Positions 18,796 through 32,140 of a DNA stretch of 64,000 nucleotides are shown here, one piece after another. The position numbers and the translations under genes are program-made. Source of the stretch: Ectobacillus sp. (GTDB taxonomy: Bacteria; Bacillota; Bacilli; Bacillales; Bacillaceae_G). Each line of letters begins with the position of its first letter. Position 1 is the stretch's first letter. The stretch spans positions 51,062-115,061 of the forward strand of contig JBEPZN010000010.1 in assembly GCA_041640875.1 (NCBI GenBank). The letters are read 5' to 3'. Under the pieces are notes generated by a model that was not told where the DNA came from, did not search any database, and was given only the letters and a program-made list of their open reading frames with translations.

Positions 18796-19449
18796 GTGAG
18801 TATGAAAGGGTTTTCTAGCGAAATACAACAGCGTGCTTGGCTGCTTTTTTGGATTGTGTGTCTCGTTTTGTTTGCGGGCGTTATAGCTTATAGCGGGATG
18901 ATGAAGCCGAAAGCTGTATCTCTGTATCAAACCGCTGTAGAATTGCCATCTCGTTCATATTCTCTGCAATCCGATGAGGAGGTACTGAGGCAGTATATGG
19001 CACCTGTTCCAGAGCAGTTAATTATTATCAATCGCGCAACCAATGAACTTGCACTATTTGAGAACGGACATTTTGTAAAGAAGTTTATAGTTGCCACAGG
19101 TAAAAGCTCAACGCCAACGCCGACAGGAAAGTTTCCTATTGTAAATAAAATTAAAAATCGGCCATTTTACAAATTCAACATTCCAGGCGGCGATCCCCGT
19201 AACCCGCTTGGCGATCGATGGATTGGTCTGGATATAGACGGTACGAATGGCACAACGTATGCTATACACGGAAATAGTAACGCATCGACAATTGGACAGC
19301 ATGTATCAAACGGATGCATCCGGATGTACAATGGTGATGTGCGGGAATTGTTTGAACGAGTGCACATTGGAACACTGGTTATTATTCAAGATTTTACGAG
19401 CTCTTGGGATACTGTTGCTATGGAGCACGGCTATAAGCTGTACAGTTAG
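18796..19449 (+). CDS. L,D-transpeptidase (YkuD family) with N-terminal anchor
   Basis: VATGK, TPTGKF, NPLGDRWIGL, YAIHGN...SNGCIRM. Confidence 0.92.
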   Translation: MSMKGFSSEIQQRAWLLFWIVCLVLFAGVIAYSGMMKPKAVSLYQTAVELPSRSYSLQSDEEVLRQYMAPVPEQLIIINRATNELALFENGHFVKKFIVATGKSSTPTPTGKFPIVNKIKNRPFYKFNIPGGDPRNPLGDRWIGLDIDGTNGTTYAIHGNSNASTIGQHVSNGCIRMYNGDVRELFERVHIGTLVIIQDFTSSWDTVAMEHGYKLYS

Positions 19450-19489
19450 GTTAGGCGAAGATAGAGGTGTAGTTCTTGTTACTAAAATA

Positions 19490-19625
19490 TAAAGAAAACT
19501 CGCCGACTGGCGAGCCCTGCTCTTGGGCGAAGACAGAGGCGTAGTTGCACTTATACTGTATTCCTAACATTTCCGACTACGTCGAAATCACTTCTAGCTG
19601 GAAATTTATACTTTCCTACAGTGTA
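19490..19625 (-). repeat. ~133-bp structured intergenic repeat, full copy (reverse); extra fragment at 19451-19474
   Basis: Reverse complement of consensus. Confidence 0.95.
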
Positions 19626-19805
19626 AAAAAGAAGGGCATGACACTTCTGCCCTTCAAAGGTAAAGCATGTAATGAAAGCAACTGTTATCATGTATTACCA
19701 AATTTACATGAACTGATACTATTCATCACAAAAAGAAATGACATGTACAAGAGAATATTATATGTTACTTATATACATATATGATTAAGGACAGGAGAGG
19801 ATAGA

Positions 19806-20222
19806 GTGGAAAAACGTGAACGACTTATGAATGATTTATCTGTACAAATGCTTGCAACATTTCGTTCATTTCGCAGTGATATAGGAAAGATGTTTGAACC
19901 CTATATTCCATGGAATGAGTTTGTTGTATTGCGTATTTTAAAACAGCAGAATAGGGAAATGGTATCACGTGTGGCAAGCGAACTAAACGTGTCTAATAGT
20001 CATATTACAGCTGTATCTGAAAAGCTTATTACAAAAGGGCTGCTCATTCGTTTTCGATCTGAGCTAGATCGGCGGATTGTGTATTTAGAGATTACTGAAA
20101 AGGGAAAGCAGCTTATTGAAGAAATGGAGCAAAAACGGGAGAGTTATTTCCAAAAGAAATTTTCTTCCTTAACAGAAGAAGAGATGGAAACGATGATTTT
20201 GGTTTTTCAGCGGCTTGTATAA
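19806..20222 (+). CDS. MarR-family transcriptional regulator
   Basis: wHTH, DRRIVYLEITEKG. Confidence 0.92.
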   Translation: MEKRERLMNDLSVQMLATFRSFRSDIGKMFEPYIPWNEFVVLRILKQQNREMVSRVASELNVSNSHITAVSEKLITKGLLIRFRSELDRRIVYLEITEKGKQLIEEMEQKRESYFQKKFSSLTEEEMETMILVFQRLV

Positions 20223-20260
20223 ATAAGGTAATGTTATGGAGTATCATTTGGCTGTTCTTG

Positions 20261-20396
20261 CACTTTAAGAAAGTATAAATTTCTAGCAGGAAGCAAATTC
20301 GACGTAGTGAGAAACTTTAGGAACAAAGTATAAGTGCAGCTACGCCTCTGTCTTCGCCCAAAGGCAGGGCTTGCCAGTCGGCGCGAGTTTTCTTTA
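20261..20396 (+). repeat. ~133-bp structured intergenic repeat, full copy
   Basis: Matches consensus. Confidence 0.95.
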
Positions 20397-20495
20397 CAGA
20401 AAAGAGCATAGTGAACAAAGGAAAACCTTATGACGAGTAATTCGGTATAGGTTGAGGCACAATAATTTTATCGGTGAGGAAAGGGAGGGATTATA

Positions 20496-20666
20496 ATGAC
20501 GAGCAGAAATGGAAGTAAAGGCAGTAAAAATCAAGGCTCTCCAGAAGCAGGCCATAGTCAAATACAACTAGGAGACCATCTTGTTACGGGAGACGATAAC
20601 AAAGGAAAAGAATATCGTTCTCGCAAAGGGAGCAAGTCGAAAGACATACATGATCAAAAGGGGTGA
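20496..20666 (+). CDS. 56-aa basic protein, SspN-like small spore protein candidate
   Basis: GGAGGG RBS; MTSRNGSKGSKNQGSPEAGHSQIQLGDHLVTGDDNKGKEYRSRKGSKSKDIHDQKG; hairpin-T tract at stop; below ORF-track cutoff. Confidence 0.65.
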   Translation: MTSRNGSKGSKNQGSPEAGHSQIQLGDHLVTGDDNKGKEYRSRKGSKSKDIHDQKG

Positions 20667-20690
20667 GCGTGCTCACCTCTTTCTTTTTTA

Positions 20691-20824
20691 TACTTTAAGA
20701 AAGTATAAATTTCTAGCAGGAAGTCGATTCGACGTAGCGAGAAATTTTAGGAACAAAGTATAAGTGTAACTATGCCTCTGTCTTCGCCCAAGAGCAGGGC
20801 TCGCCAATCGGCGAGTTTTCTTTA
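20691..20824 (+). repeat. ~133-bp structured intergenic repeat, full copy
   Basis: Matches consensus; TTTAT on both flanks. Confidence 0.95.
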
Positions 20825-20932
20825 TCGTATGTTTTCTGCTTTGGAATAGGAAGATCCAAACGGTGAAAAAGTAAAACGAATTTTAAGTATTGACCGAATT
20901 CGAAGAGGGCGGTAAAATTTGGACATTATTAG

Positions 20933-21706
<774 letters not shown>

Positions 21707-21788
21707 TATTGAATTACTGGAAGTCAATCAATCTGCTGTGAAAAATAAAAAGACCAGGAAGATGCAGTTTTTCCTGGTCTTTTATTTA

Positions 21789-21914
21789 CACTGTAGAAGT
21801 ATAAATTTCCAGTTAGAAGTTATTCGATGCACTAGGAAATTTTAGGGATACAGTGTAGGGGCAACTCTGTCTCTGTCTTCACCTAACGGCTCGCCAGTCG
21901 ATGAGTTTTCTTTA
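21789..21914 (+). repeat. Intergenic repeat, copy lacking most of second hairpin
   Basis: cactgtagaagtataaatttccag...acagtgtagg...ctcgccagtcgatgagttttcttta. Confidence 0.9.
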
Positions 21915-22259
21915 GAATAATGCTAAGAAAAACGCAGCTAACGCAACACGGAATACTAATGCGAGTACTGCGGCGATGGCTCCTAAAATGATCGCAAATG
22001 TTCCTGTTTTGCGTGCGCCGCGTGCTCGCGCGTACATACCAAGCAATACGGCTCCGATACCAAAAATAACAGGATATGTGAAGAAGGAGAGAACAGCAAG
22101 TGCTAGAGAGATAAAGCCGACGATGGTTCCTCCTGCTGTTGCATCGTCCTCCCGTCTTTCATTACGGATGCGGGCGGGTGCTACTTCTGCAGCATATTCT
22201 TCATCTTCGGTTTGAAAATCGCGAAGCAATCTGCGATTGTTGCGTTCATAATCTGCCAT
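21912..22259 (-). CDS. DUF4190-like small membrane protein
   Basis: EEYAAEVAP acidic N-terminus then TM helices; GGAGG RBS. Confidence 0.75.
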   Translation of the reverse strand: MADYERNNRRLLRDFQTEDEEYAAEVAPARIRNERREDDATAGGTIVGFISLALAVLSFFTYPVIFGIGAVLLGMYARARGARKTGTFAIILGAIAAVLALVFRVALAAFFLALF

Positions 22260-22424
22260 AGCGATTCCTCCTTGAGTCCATTGCCTTCCTGAATAAGAAG
22301 GCTCTCTTATTATGACCCCAATGACCGACTTTCATTTACAAAAAACAGCCCTAAAAATTTTGGTATGGTTATGTTGTTTTTGGAAAACATATGAGAGACA
22401 CCGAAAGAAGGCAGGAGGATTTTC

Positions 22425-22865
22425 ATGACAAACCATCCAATTGAAGACTTAATGAGAACTTCTATGGAAAATTTAAAGCAGATGATCGATGTGAATACAA
22501 TTATGGGTAAGCCCGTTTCTACGCATGATGGAAGTGTAGTACTAACTGTTTCGAAGGTGGCGTTCGGTTTTGGGGCAGGAGGAAGCGACTTCGGAGACGG
22601 CGTGAAGAAAACACGTACTGCAGCAGGAGAAAAACCAGCAGCTGACGTTCAGTTCGCGTTTGGCGGCGGAAGCGGGGCCGGCGTATCCATTTCGCCGGTT
22701 GCGTTTTTGGTCGTTGGTGCTAAGGGAGTTCAAGTGATGCACTTGCAGAGCGGTACACATCTTATCGAAAAAGCAATGGACGCGGCGCCGCAAGCATTGA
22801 AGTCAGTTCAAAGCATGATGGGTCAAAATCAAAATCAGGGTCAAAATCAGGGTCAAAATCAATAA
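22425..22865 (+). CDS. ytfJ: GerW/YtfJ-family sporulation protein
   Basis: HPIEDLMRTSMENLKQMIDVNTIMG, FGGGSGAGVSISPVAFLVV. Confidence 0.9.
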   Translation: MTNHPIEDLMRTSMENLKQMIDVNTIMGKPVSTHDGSVVLTVSKVAFGFGAGGSDFGDGVKKTRTAAGEKPAADVQFAFGGGSGAGVSISPVAFLVVGAKGVQVMHLQSGTHLIEKAMDAAPQALKSVQSMMGQNQNQGQNQGQNQ

Positions 22866-22898
22866 AAGATGGCGAAGGCCATCTTTTATTGATTTTGA
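22853..22898 (+). terminator. 21-bp perfect-stem hairpin terminator overlapping ytfJ end
   Basis: tcaaaatcaataaaagatggc-gaag-gccatcttttattgattttga. Confidence 0.75.
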
Positions 22899-23038
22899 AG
22901 GGCTTCAACTCATATAAGTGCAGCATACAATTATCCTCGGTTACTTCCTCTCATCTTCTGTCGTGATCTCTTTTCAAACGGAAAACATGTATGAAATTGA
23001 TACGTTATGTGGAATGATGTAGACGAGGAGGTAAGCAA

Positions 23039-23152
23039 ATGATTAATGTAAAGCAATTTACGGTTGGATTAATCTTATTAATCAGTGCTGTTGTCATTTA
23101 TTTCCTCAAAGAGCGCATGCGAAAGCTGTTTGATGAGAAAACACATATATAA
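23039..23152 (+). CDS. 37-aa single-TM membrane peptide
   Basis: GAGGAGG RBS; MINVKQFTVGLILLISAVVIYFLKERMRKLFDEKTHI; followed by strong hairpin 23158-23200. Confidence 0.65.
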   Translation: MINVKQFTVGLILLISAVVIYFLKERMRKLFDEKTHI

Positions 23153-23582
23153 GTTGTGAAGGCACCGATTCTGGAATACCTTATTCCTGTCGGTGTCTTC
23201 ATTCTGGAGTTTATCAGTTTATGCTGCTGTAGTATTTTTATATGTAAAACATTTACATATTGCTTTTTGGTGATTTATGATGTAAAATAATTTATTGTGT
23301 CTCAGTTGTAAGTGCTAGTATTCATTAGCTAGTATAGAAAAAGAGAAAAACAATGCTTGTCTGCACTTGATAAGAAACTGTATAAAGATCGGGCTTTGTA
23401 TGAGAAGCCAACAACTTTAGCAGCTTTTGCCATTCGGCCTTGTGTTCGTGAGCCGGACAGCGCACTCTATGAATTTTTTTGTATGCTGGCTTTCAAAGGG
23501 AGCGGTCATTGGAACCGCACAATGAAAGAGAGGCAGGGCTTTCATAAGAGTACTAAGTGATTGTTACTTTCCCGTTTATATA

Positions 23583-23619
23583 AAAACCTCCTTGTTCTAT
23601 ATGAGCAAGGAGGTTTTTT
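23583..23619. terminator. Bidirectional intrinsic terminator
   Basis: aaaacctccttgttc-tatat-gagcaaggaggtttttt. Confidence 0.8.
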
Positions 23620-23654
23620 GCTGAAAAGAAACACAATCATTAAAGAGACTACAA

Positions 23655-23897
23655 TTACTGAATTCTGCTTTCTACCTGCTGACAAATTTCCTCAGCTGTT
23701 AAACCGCTTGCTTCAATAACTGGTCCATCGATTGAACGATTGCTCATTCCCATTACATTCGAATCTATTCCGGTAATGATACAGCAGTCACATCCTTGTG
23801 CATCCTGCTCAGAATGAAGTTGAATAATTTGATGACCTTTCTGTTGCAATGCTTGCTGTACGTCTGTTAATGAATGTTCTACTCCGATTTTTGCCAT
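23655..23897 (-). CDS. ykuS: YkuS-family (UPF0180) protein
   Basis: [21 protein letters not shown]...CDCCIITG...[17 protein letters not shown]. Confidence 0.85.
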   Translation of the reverse strand: MAKIGVEHSLTDVQQALQQKGHQIIQLHSEQDAQGCDCCIITGIDSNVMGMSNRSIDGPVIEASGLTAEEICQQVESRIQ

Positions 23898-23985
23898 ATT
23901 GTTCACCCCCCGCTATGTTATACAATCTGTAATATGTTTCATTTCCTGCAGAATTATGCAAGGGGGCGATTTTAATTCGTATACT

Positions 23986-24231
23986 TTAATCGTTATAGAC
24001 ACCAGTAAGCATTTTAGTAACAAAGCTATCAGCTTCGTTGGCTTCGTGGTCGTTTAACTCTGCATTTGAGGAAACAATAAGTATGTCAGCTTTGTGTGTT
24101 CCATTATCTTTGTGAAGACGAAGTTCTATACAATGTTCTCCTGGGCAAAGGTTGGTCGTCCCCAGAAAGTTAAACAAGTCCAGCATTTTTTGAATTTCCT
24201 GTTTCGTACCTTTAATTTGCAAAATCGTCAT
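23986..24231 (-). CDS. DUF3911-like hypothetical protein
   Basis: QIKGTKQEIQKML...FVTKMLTGVYND; AGGAGG RBS. Confidence 0.7.
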   Translation of the reverse strand: MTILQIKGTKQEIQKMLDLFNFLGTTNLCPGEHCIELRLHKDNGTHKADILIVSSNAELNDHEANEADSFVTKMLTGVYND

Positions 24232-24463
24232 TTTTCGAGTCCTCCTTGTCTGTTTGGGCAATAGAACTTTTTGAAAATAGAAATATGAGTCATTTTACTT
24301 GAATATGACTGTTATGTTGATTTGTCTTTTTTTCCGCTATATGGAAGGTGCATGTCTTGCTATATATGGCATACTAACGAAAGGTAAATCATTTTACAGC
24401 TTAAAATATACCCTGAATATGTAAAAAAGTTCCTGCTAGTACAAAAGTATTTTTAAAATGCAG

Positions 24464-24569
24464 AATTTGTCGAAAAAAAAATTTTCTTTTTTTGAAACCG
24501 TTAACATCTTTGATATAACAATGTTTTCAGCTTGTTTTGAATATCCATTATTAAAAAATTCTAAAAATT
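24464..24569 (+). promoter_or_regulatory. Possible CodY boxes upstream of ilvE
   Basis: AATTTGTCGAAAAAA and AAAATTCTAAAAATT resemble AATTTTCWGAAAATT with several mismatches; BCAA operons are CodY targets. Confidence 0.35.
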
Positions 24570-24646
24570 ATTTTGATTTCTTGGCGAAGGAGTCGTAAAC
24601 TAAGTAACATACAAAGATAAATTGAAAGCATATAGGGGGATTTCAA

Positions 24647-25543
24647 GTGAACGAACAGTTGATTTTTTTAAACGGAGAATTCGTTCCAAAGCATGAAGCA
24701 AAAGTATCAGTTTATGATCATGGGTACTTATACGGCGATGGCGTTTTTGAAGGAATCCGTGTTTACAGCGGCAACGTCTTTCGCCTAAAAGAGCATCTCG
24801 TTCGATTATTTGAATCCGCAAAGTCCATTTTGCTGGAGATTCCATATACATTAGAAGAACTGACAGAGCTTGTAGCTGAAACAATTCGAAAAAACCAATT
24901 ATCGGATGGCTATATCCGTTTAGTTGTATCTCGTGGAACAGGAAACCTTGGATTGGACCCAGCTTCTTGTCCAGTTGCTACCGTTGTCATCATTGCGGAA
25001 CAATTGGCGCTTTTCCCGGCTGAGTTTTATGAAACAGGCATTCCAATTATCACAGTGGCAACGAGACGCAACCGTCCGGATGTATTAAGCCCACAAGTGA
25101 AGTCTTTAAACTACTTGAACAATATTCTTGTGAAAATAGAAGCGAAATTGGCGGGTGTATTAGAAGCCCTTATGCTCAACGAACAAGGGTATGTTGCAGA
25201 GGGATCAGGTGACAATGTATTTCTTGTTAAGGGAAACAAGCTTATTACTCCTCCAAGCTCCGCTGGTGCGCTAGAAGGCATTACGCGCAATGCAATTATG
25301 GAAATCGGTAAAAAGCTTGGCTATGAAGTGCGTGAGGAATTATTCACACGACATGATGTGTACGTAGCAGAAGAAGTATTCTTAACAGGAACGGCAGCAG
25401 AGGTAATTGCTGTAACAAAGGTAGACGGCCGCACAATTGGCGATGGAAAACCAGGTGCTCATACAAACCGTCTCCTTGAAGAATTCCGAAAGCTTGTAGT
25501 AGAAGATGGAGAAAAAATTTATACAGCAGATCAAGTTGGTTAA
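24647..25543 (+). CDS. ilvE: Branched-chain amino acid aminotransferase
   Basis: [36 protein letters not shown]. Confidence 0.96.
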   Translation: MNEQLIFLNGEFVPKHEAKVSVYDHGYLYGDGVFEGIRVYSGNVFRLKEHLVRLFESAKSILLEIPYTLEELTELVAETIRKNQLSDGYIRLVVSRGTGNLGLDPASCPVATVVIIAEQLALFPAEFYETGIPIITVATRRNRPDVLSPQVKSLNYLNNILVKIEAKLAGVLEALMLNEQGYVAEGSGDNVFLVKGNKLITPPSSAGALEGITRNAIMEIGKKLGYEVREELFTRHDVYVAEEVFLTGTAAEVIAVTKVDGRTIGDGKPGAHTNRLLEEFRKLVVEDGEKIYTADQVG

Positions 25544-25557
25544 TGGAGGAGATACCT

Positions 25558-27225
25558 TTGCGCAGTAATATGATTAAAAAAGGAATCGATCGTGCTCCGC
25601 ACCGCAGTTTACTTTATGCGGCGGGGGTAAAAGAGGAAGATTTCGACAAACCATTTATCGCTATCTGTAACTCTTATATCGATATCGTTCCAGGACATAT
25701 CCATTTAAGAGAATTGGCAGATGTTGTAAAGGCGGCAATTCGCGAAGCAGGCGGTGTACCATTTGAGTTCAATACAATCGGAGTAGATGATGGCATTGCG
25801 ATGGGACACATCGGTATGCGCTATTCCTTGCCAAGCCGTGAAATCATTGCGGATGCGGCTGAAACAGTTATTAATGCCCACTGGTTTGATGGCGTATTTT
25901 ATATGCCTAACTGTGACAAAATCACGCCAGGTATGTTAATGGCATCCGTTCGTACAAACGTGCCGGCTGTTTTTGTATCAGGTGGCCCGATGGAAGCAGG
26001 CGTATCCAAAGATGGAAAGCCGCTCAACCTTGTATCCATGTTTGAAGGTGTAGGAGCAGTAAAGTCAGGGAAAATGAGTGTAGATGATCTTATTGCTATG
26101 GAACAGGCGGCCTGTCCTACATGCGGCTCCTGCTCAGGAATGTTCACAGCAAACTCTATGAACACAATCATGGAAATGCTTGGAGTTGCACTTCCTGGTA
26201 ACGGAACGCTCGTTGCAACAAGCAAAGAAAGACATGAACTAATTTATAAAGCTGCATTCCATCTTATGGACTTAGTTAAAAATGATATTAAGCCTCGCGA
26301 TATTATTACAGAGAAAGCTATTGATGATGCATTTGCTCTTGATATGGCGATGGGCGGCTCTACAAATACAGTATTGCATTTATTGGCTATTGCTAATGAA
26401 GCGGGTATCGATTATGATTTAAATCGTATCAATGAAGTAGCAAAACGCGTACCATACTTGGCAAAAATCAGCCCAGCTTCTGATTATTCCATGCATGATG
26501 TACATTTGGCTGGAGGCGTATCTGCCATTATTAAAGAACTTGCTTCCATTCCAGGTGCAATTAACTCAGAACGCATTACAATTACAGGAAAATCATTGTA
26601 TGAAAATGTGGAGCATGCTTCCATTCTCAACAACGAGGTAATTCGTTCGAAAGAAAATCCTTACAGTGCTACAGGAGGACTATCCTTACTGTTCGGAAAC
26701 ATTGCTCCAAACGGCAGTGTAATCAAAGTAGGTGCTGTTGATCCATCAATTACAAAGTTTGTTGGGGAAGCAATCTGCTTCGATTCTCACGATGAAGCTG
26801 TAGAGGCAATTCATAATGGAACTGTAAAAGAAGGTCACGTTGTTGTTATTCGCTACGAAGGACCAAAAGGCGGTCCTGGTATGCCGGAAATGCTTGCTCC
26901 TACATCCGCTATTGTTGGAAAAGGATTGGGTAAAAAGGTAGCATTGCTTACAGATGGACGTTTTTCTGGGGCAACGCGCGGAATTGCAATTGGCCACGTA
27001 TCGCCAGAAGCGGCAGAAGGCGGTCCTATTGCTTACATCAACAATGGTGATACAATTATTATTGACTTAGTGGAAAGAAACCTTAATTTAGATATTTCAG
27101 ATGAAGAATTAGAAGCACGTAAAACTCAATTCGTTGCTCCTGAGCCAAAGGTGAAGAGCGGGTACTTAGCGCGTTACGCGAAGCTCGTTACATCAGCGAA
27201 TACAGGCGGCATCTTAAAAGTATAA
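25558..27225 (+). CDS. ilvD: Dihydroxy-acid dehydratase
   Basis: [44 protein letters not shown]; TTG start after GGAGGAG. Confidence 0.97.
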   Translation: MRSNMIKKGIDRAPHRSLLYAAGVKEEDFDKPFIAICNSYIDIVPGHIHLRELADVVKAAIREAGGVPFEFNTIGVDDGIAMGHIGMRYSLPSREIIADAAETVINAHWFDGVFYMPNCDKITPGMLMASVRTNVPAVFVSGGPMEAGVSKDGKPLNLVSMFEGVGAVKSGKMSVDDLIAMEQAACPTCGSCSGMFTANSMNTIMEMLGVALPGNGTLVATSKERHELIYKAAFHLMDLVKNDIKPRDIITEKAIDDAFALDMAMGGSTNTVLHLLAIANEAGIDYDLNRINEVAKRVPYLAKISPASDYSMHDVHLAGGVSAIIKELASIPGAINSERITITGKSLYENVEHASILNNEVIRSKENPYSATGGLSLLFGNIAPNGSVIKVGAVDPSITKFVGEAICFDSHDEAVEAIHNGTVKEGHVVVIRYEGPKGGPGMPEMLAPTSAIVGKGLGKKVALLTDGRFSGATRGIAIGHVSPEAAEGGPIAYINNGDTIIIDLVERNLNLDISDEELEARKTQFVAPEPKVKSGYLARYAKLVTSANTGGILKV

Positions 27226-27227
27226 AG

Positions 27228-27480
27228 TGTTGACGGGGAGGAGTAGTTGAAGACGAAGCCTCACAGAGAGTCGGTGGCTGGTGAAAACCGACGGTTCGTC
27301 TCAATGAACATCGCCCCTGAGCGCCAAGCTGAACTTATGTAGGCTTGGACGGTAGCTGCGTTATAAGCTTGATTCCAATAGGAGTCATTGAGGCAGGAGT
27401 ATATTCCTGTGAAGAAGGGTGGTACCACGAAAATCTTTCGTCCCTTCAGCATAGCTGAAGTATGGGCGGAAGATTTTTTT
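27228..27480 (+). promoter_or_regulatory. T-box riboswitch, specifier AUC (Ile), internal to operon
   Basis: AGTAG, AGAGAG/GGTG stem I motifs, GAAC-ATC-G specifier at 27310, AAGGGTGGTACCACG T-box at 27415, terminator to 27480. Confidence 0.92.
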
Positions 27481-27514
27481 GGTGGAAAAATTTGGTGTTA
27501 GGAGGCCTGAGAAG

Positions 27515-29208
27515 ATGTCCCAACAAACTCAAGAAAAAATGGCTACAGGGGCAGCGCTCCTGCTTGAGGCGCTGAAAGAGGAGAACGTAGAAGTGATTTT
27601 TGGGTATCCGGGAGGAGCGGTTCTTCCGCTTTACGATGCTTTATATGACTTTGAAATTCCGCACATTTTAACGCGTCATGAACAAGGAGCAATCCATGCT
27701 GCTGAAGGATACGCTCGTGTTACAGGAAAGCCAGGGGTAGTTGTAGTAACAAGCGGCCCTGGTGCTACGAACGTATTGACTGGTTTAACGGATGCGATGA
27801 TGGATTCTTTGCCACTCGTTGTTTTTACTGGACAGGTAGCGTCAACGGTAATCGGAACAGATGCATTCCAGGAAGCGGATATCATTGGTTTAACAACACC
27901 GATTACGAAGCACAACTATCAAGTGCGTAAGGTATCAGATTTACCGCGTATTATCAAAGAGGCGTTTCATATCGCATCTACAGGGCGTCCAGGTCCTGTT
28001 GTAATCGACTTGCCAAAAAATATGGTAACAGATGCTGGAGAAGTGCTTGCGAAGGCTCCTATTAATTTGCCGGGATATCAGCCAAATTATGAGCCAAACC
28101 GCATGCAAATTGCTAAATTGCTTAAAGCATTACAAACAGCGGAAAAGCCTGTTATTTTGGCAGGAGCTGGTGTATTGCATGCAAAAGCTTCTGAAGAATT
28201 AACACGCTTTGCTCGTATGTACCAAATTCCAGTTGTGCATACACTGCTTGGTCTAGGCGGATTCCCGCCGGAAGATCCGCTCTTCCTTGGAATGGGCGGC
28301 ATGCACGGATCATATGCGGCAAACATGGCACTATACGAGTGTGACTTATTGATTAATATTGGAGCACGCTTCGATGATCGCTTAACTGGAAATTTAGCAC
28401 ACTTTGCTCAAAACGCTGTGGTTGCTCATATTGATATCGATCCAGCTGAAATTAGCAAGAATGTCCCAACGCAAATTCCGATTGTTGGAACAGCGAAGCT
28501 TGCGCTAGAGGCATTGCTTGAGAAGAGCGGCTCTAAGACAAACCATATGGAATGGCTTGTTTTACAGCAAAATCGAAAAGAAAAATATCCGTTTGCTTAT
28601 AAAGAAACTGATGAAGCAATTAAACCGCAGGCGGCGATTGCAGCTCTTCATGAAATAACAGAAGGAAATGCAATTATCACAACGGATGTAGGTCAGCACC
28701 AAATGTGGTCTGCGCAATATTATCCGTTCAAAAACCCTGACAAATGGGTAACATCCGGCGGTTTAGGAACGATGGGCTTTGGCTTCCCTGCCGCTATTGG
28801 AGCACAATTTGGAAAACCGGATGAGCTTGTTGTTGCGATTGTTGGAGATGCTGGTTTCCAAATGACGCTTCAGGAGCTAAGTGTTTTGAAAGATCATGAT
28901 CTTCCTGTTAAAATTTTGATTATTAATAACGAAGCTCTCGGCATGGTACGTCAATGGCAAGAGTCATTCTACCAAAAGCGCTATTCACATTCTCTTCCTC
29001 ATAGCCAGCCTGATTTCATCGCGCTTGCAGCCGCATACGGCATTCACGGTGTGCGTATTGAAGACCCTGCGCTCTTAAAGCAACAGTTGCAGGAAGCTAT
29101 GGACTATCCAGGTCCGGTGCTTATCGATTGCCGTGTTATCCAGTCGGAGAAAGTTATGCCGATGGTTGCGCCGGGTAAAGGTGTTCATGAAATGGAGGGA
29201 ATAGAAGG

Positions 29209-29212
<4 letters not shown>
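27515..29212 (+). CDS. ilvB: Acetolactate synthase large subunit
   Basis: [39 protein letters not shown]. Confidence 0.97.
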
Positions 29213-30752
<1,540 letters not shown>

Positions 30753-30770
30753 TCCTACAAAGAGGTAATA

Positions 30771-31055
30771 CACACGCTTCGTGAAGTAGCTGCATTGTTA
30801 TAGTAGCTGTTTCCGGACGTTCAAATTTCCGCCCAACATGTGCCAAGAACGGATAATCTGTTCTTGGCACAGGCGGTTAAAGCAGTAATTCGCTGCGGTA
30901 CGAACGCATTTGCGCATATTCACGTTGAATTGGAATAAAACGAAAAAACGTCTTTCCTGATTCGGGGTAGCGCAGGACATGCTGGAAGCTTCCAAGCGAG
31001 CGTACTTTATGCGGCGGGCAAACTGAACAGATTGGCAGCTGTCGTCAAATCGTAA
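30771..31055 (+). pseudogene. leuA: Heavily deleted, frameshifted 2-isopropylmalate synthase remnant
   Basis: Occupies leuA position between ilvC and leuB; fragments GTNAFAHIHVELE*, FGVAQDMLEASKRAY, AAGKL resemble the LeuA C-terminal regulatory domain. Confidence 0.75.
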
Positions 31056-31069
31056 GGGAGTGAGCATGT

Positions 31070-32140
31070 ATGGAAAAAACAATCGTTTGTTTAGCTGGGG
31101 ACGGGATTGGCCCGGAAATTATGGAAAGTGCCAAAAAGGTACTTACATTAACAGAGCGTCTCTATGAGCATCGCTTTCATTTGCAAGACGAGGCATTTGG
31201 CGGAGCGGCAATCGACCAGTATGGTCAACCATTTCCTGCTAAAACGTTAGAATCTTGTTTAGCTAGTGATGCAGTATTATTAGGAGCAGTTGGTGGTCCG
31301 AAATGGGACAATGCAACGGAGCGTCCGGAAAAAGGTCTTCTCGCTTTGCGTAAGGCGCTTGGATTATATGCCAATGTCCGTCCTGTAGAGGTTGATGAAG
31401 CGGTAGCTCATTTATCTCCACTTAAGGAAGAGGCGGCGAAGGATGTACACTTTGTAGTCGTGCGGGAATTAACGGGCGGCATTTATTTTTCTCAGCCGAA
31501 GGAACGCACAGCTGAGCAGGCTACGGACACACTGACGTATACAAGAAAAGAAATTGAAAGAATTGTAGAGTATGCATTCCAGCTTGCGCAAACACGTAGC
31601 AAAAAAGTTACGTCAATTGACAAAGCGAATGTACTAGAGTCAAGTAAGCTCTGGAGAGAAGTTGCAGAGGAAGTGGCAGGTCGTTACCCAGATGTACAAC
31701 TTGAACATCTGCTCGTAGATGCAGCGGCTATGGAGCTAATTGTACGTCCAGGTCGTTTTGATGTAATTGTAACAGAAAACTTATTTGGTGATATTTTAAG
31801 CGATGAGGCTTCAGTATTAGCTGGTTCACTAGGTATGCTGCCGTCTGCAAGCCATTCAGAAACAGGTTTATCACTATATGAGCCGATTCACGGTTCAGCT
31901 CCTGATATTGCAGGACAAAGTAAAGCAAATCCAATTGCTATGCTTCGTTCGGTAGCGATGATGCTTGAGCAATCGTTCGGTTTACGAGAAGAAGCAAAGG
32001 CGATTGAAAATGCAATCTCTTCTGTATTAAAATCAGGCCGCTGTACAGGTGATATAGGTGGAACAGAGACAACTGTGTCATTTACTGATGCTGTATTAGA
32101 GGCGATGGAGGAACAAGCACCAGTTGGGAGGGGAAGATAA
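31070..32140 (+). CDS. leuB: 3-isopropylmalate dehydrogenase
   Basis: [41 protein letters not shown]. Confidence 0.97.
   Translation: MEKTIVCLAGDGIGPEIMESAKKVLTLTERLYEHRFHLQDEAFGGAAIDQYGQPFPAKTLESCLASDAVLLGAVGGPKWDNATERPEKGLLALRKALGLYANVRPVEVDEAVAHLSPLKEEAAKDVHFVVVRELTGGIYFSQPKERTAEQATDTLTYTRKEIERIVEYAFQLAQTRSKKVTSIDKANVLESSKLWREVAEEVAGRYPDVQLEHLLVDAAAMELIVRPGRFDVIVTENLFGDILSDEASVLAGSLGMLPSASHSETGLSLYEPIHGSAPDIAGQSKANPIAMLRSVAMMLEQSFGLREEAKAIENAISSVLKSGRCTGDIGGTETTVSFTDAVLEAMEEQAPVGRGR

Noticed and set aside
23295-23582. 6S RNA, tmRNA, SRP or RNase P identity
   Set aside because: Hallmark motifs not recognised; kept only as a generic sRNA candidate
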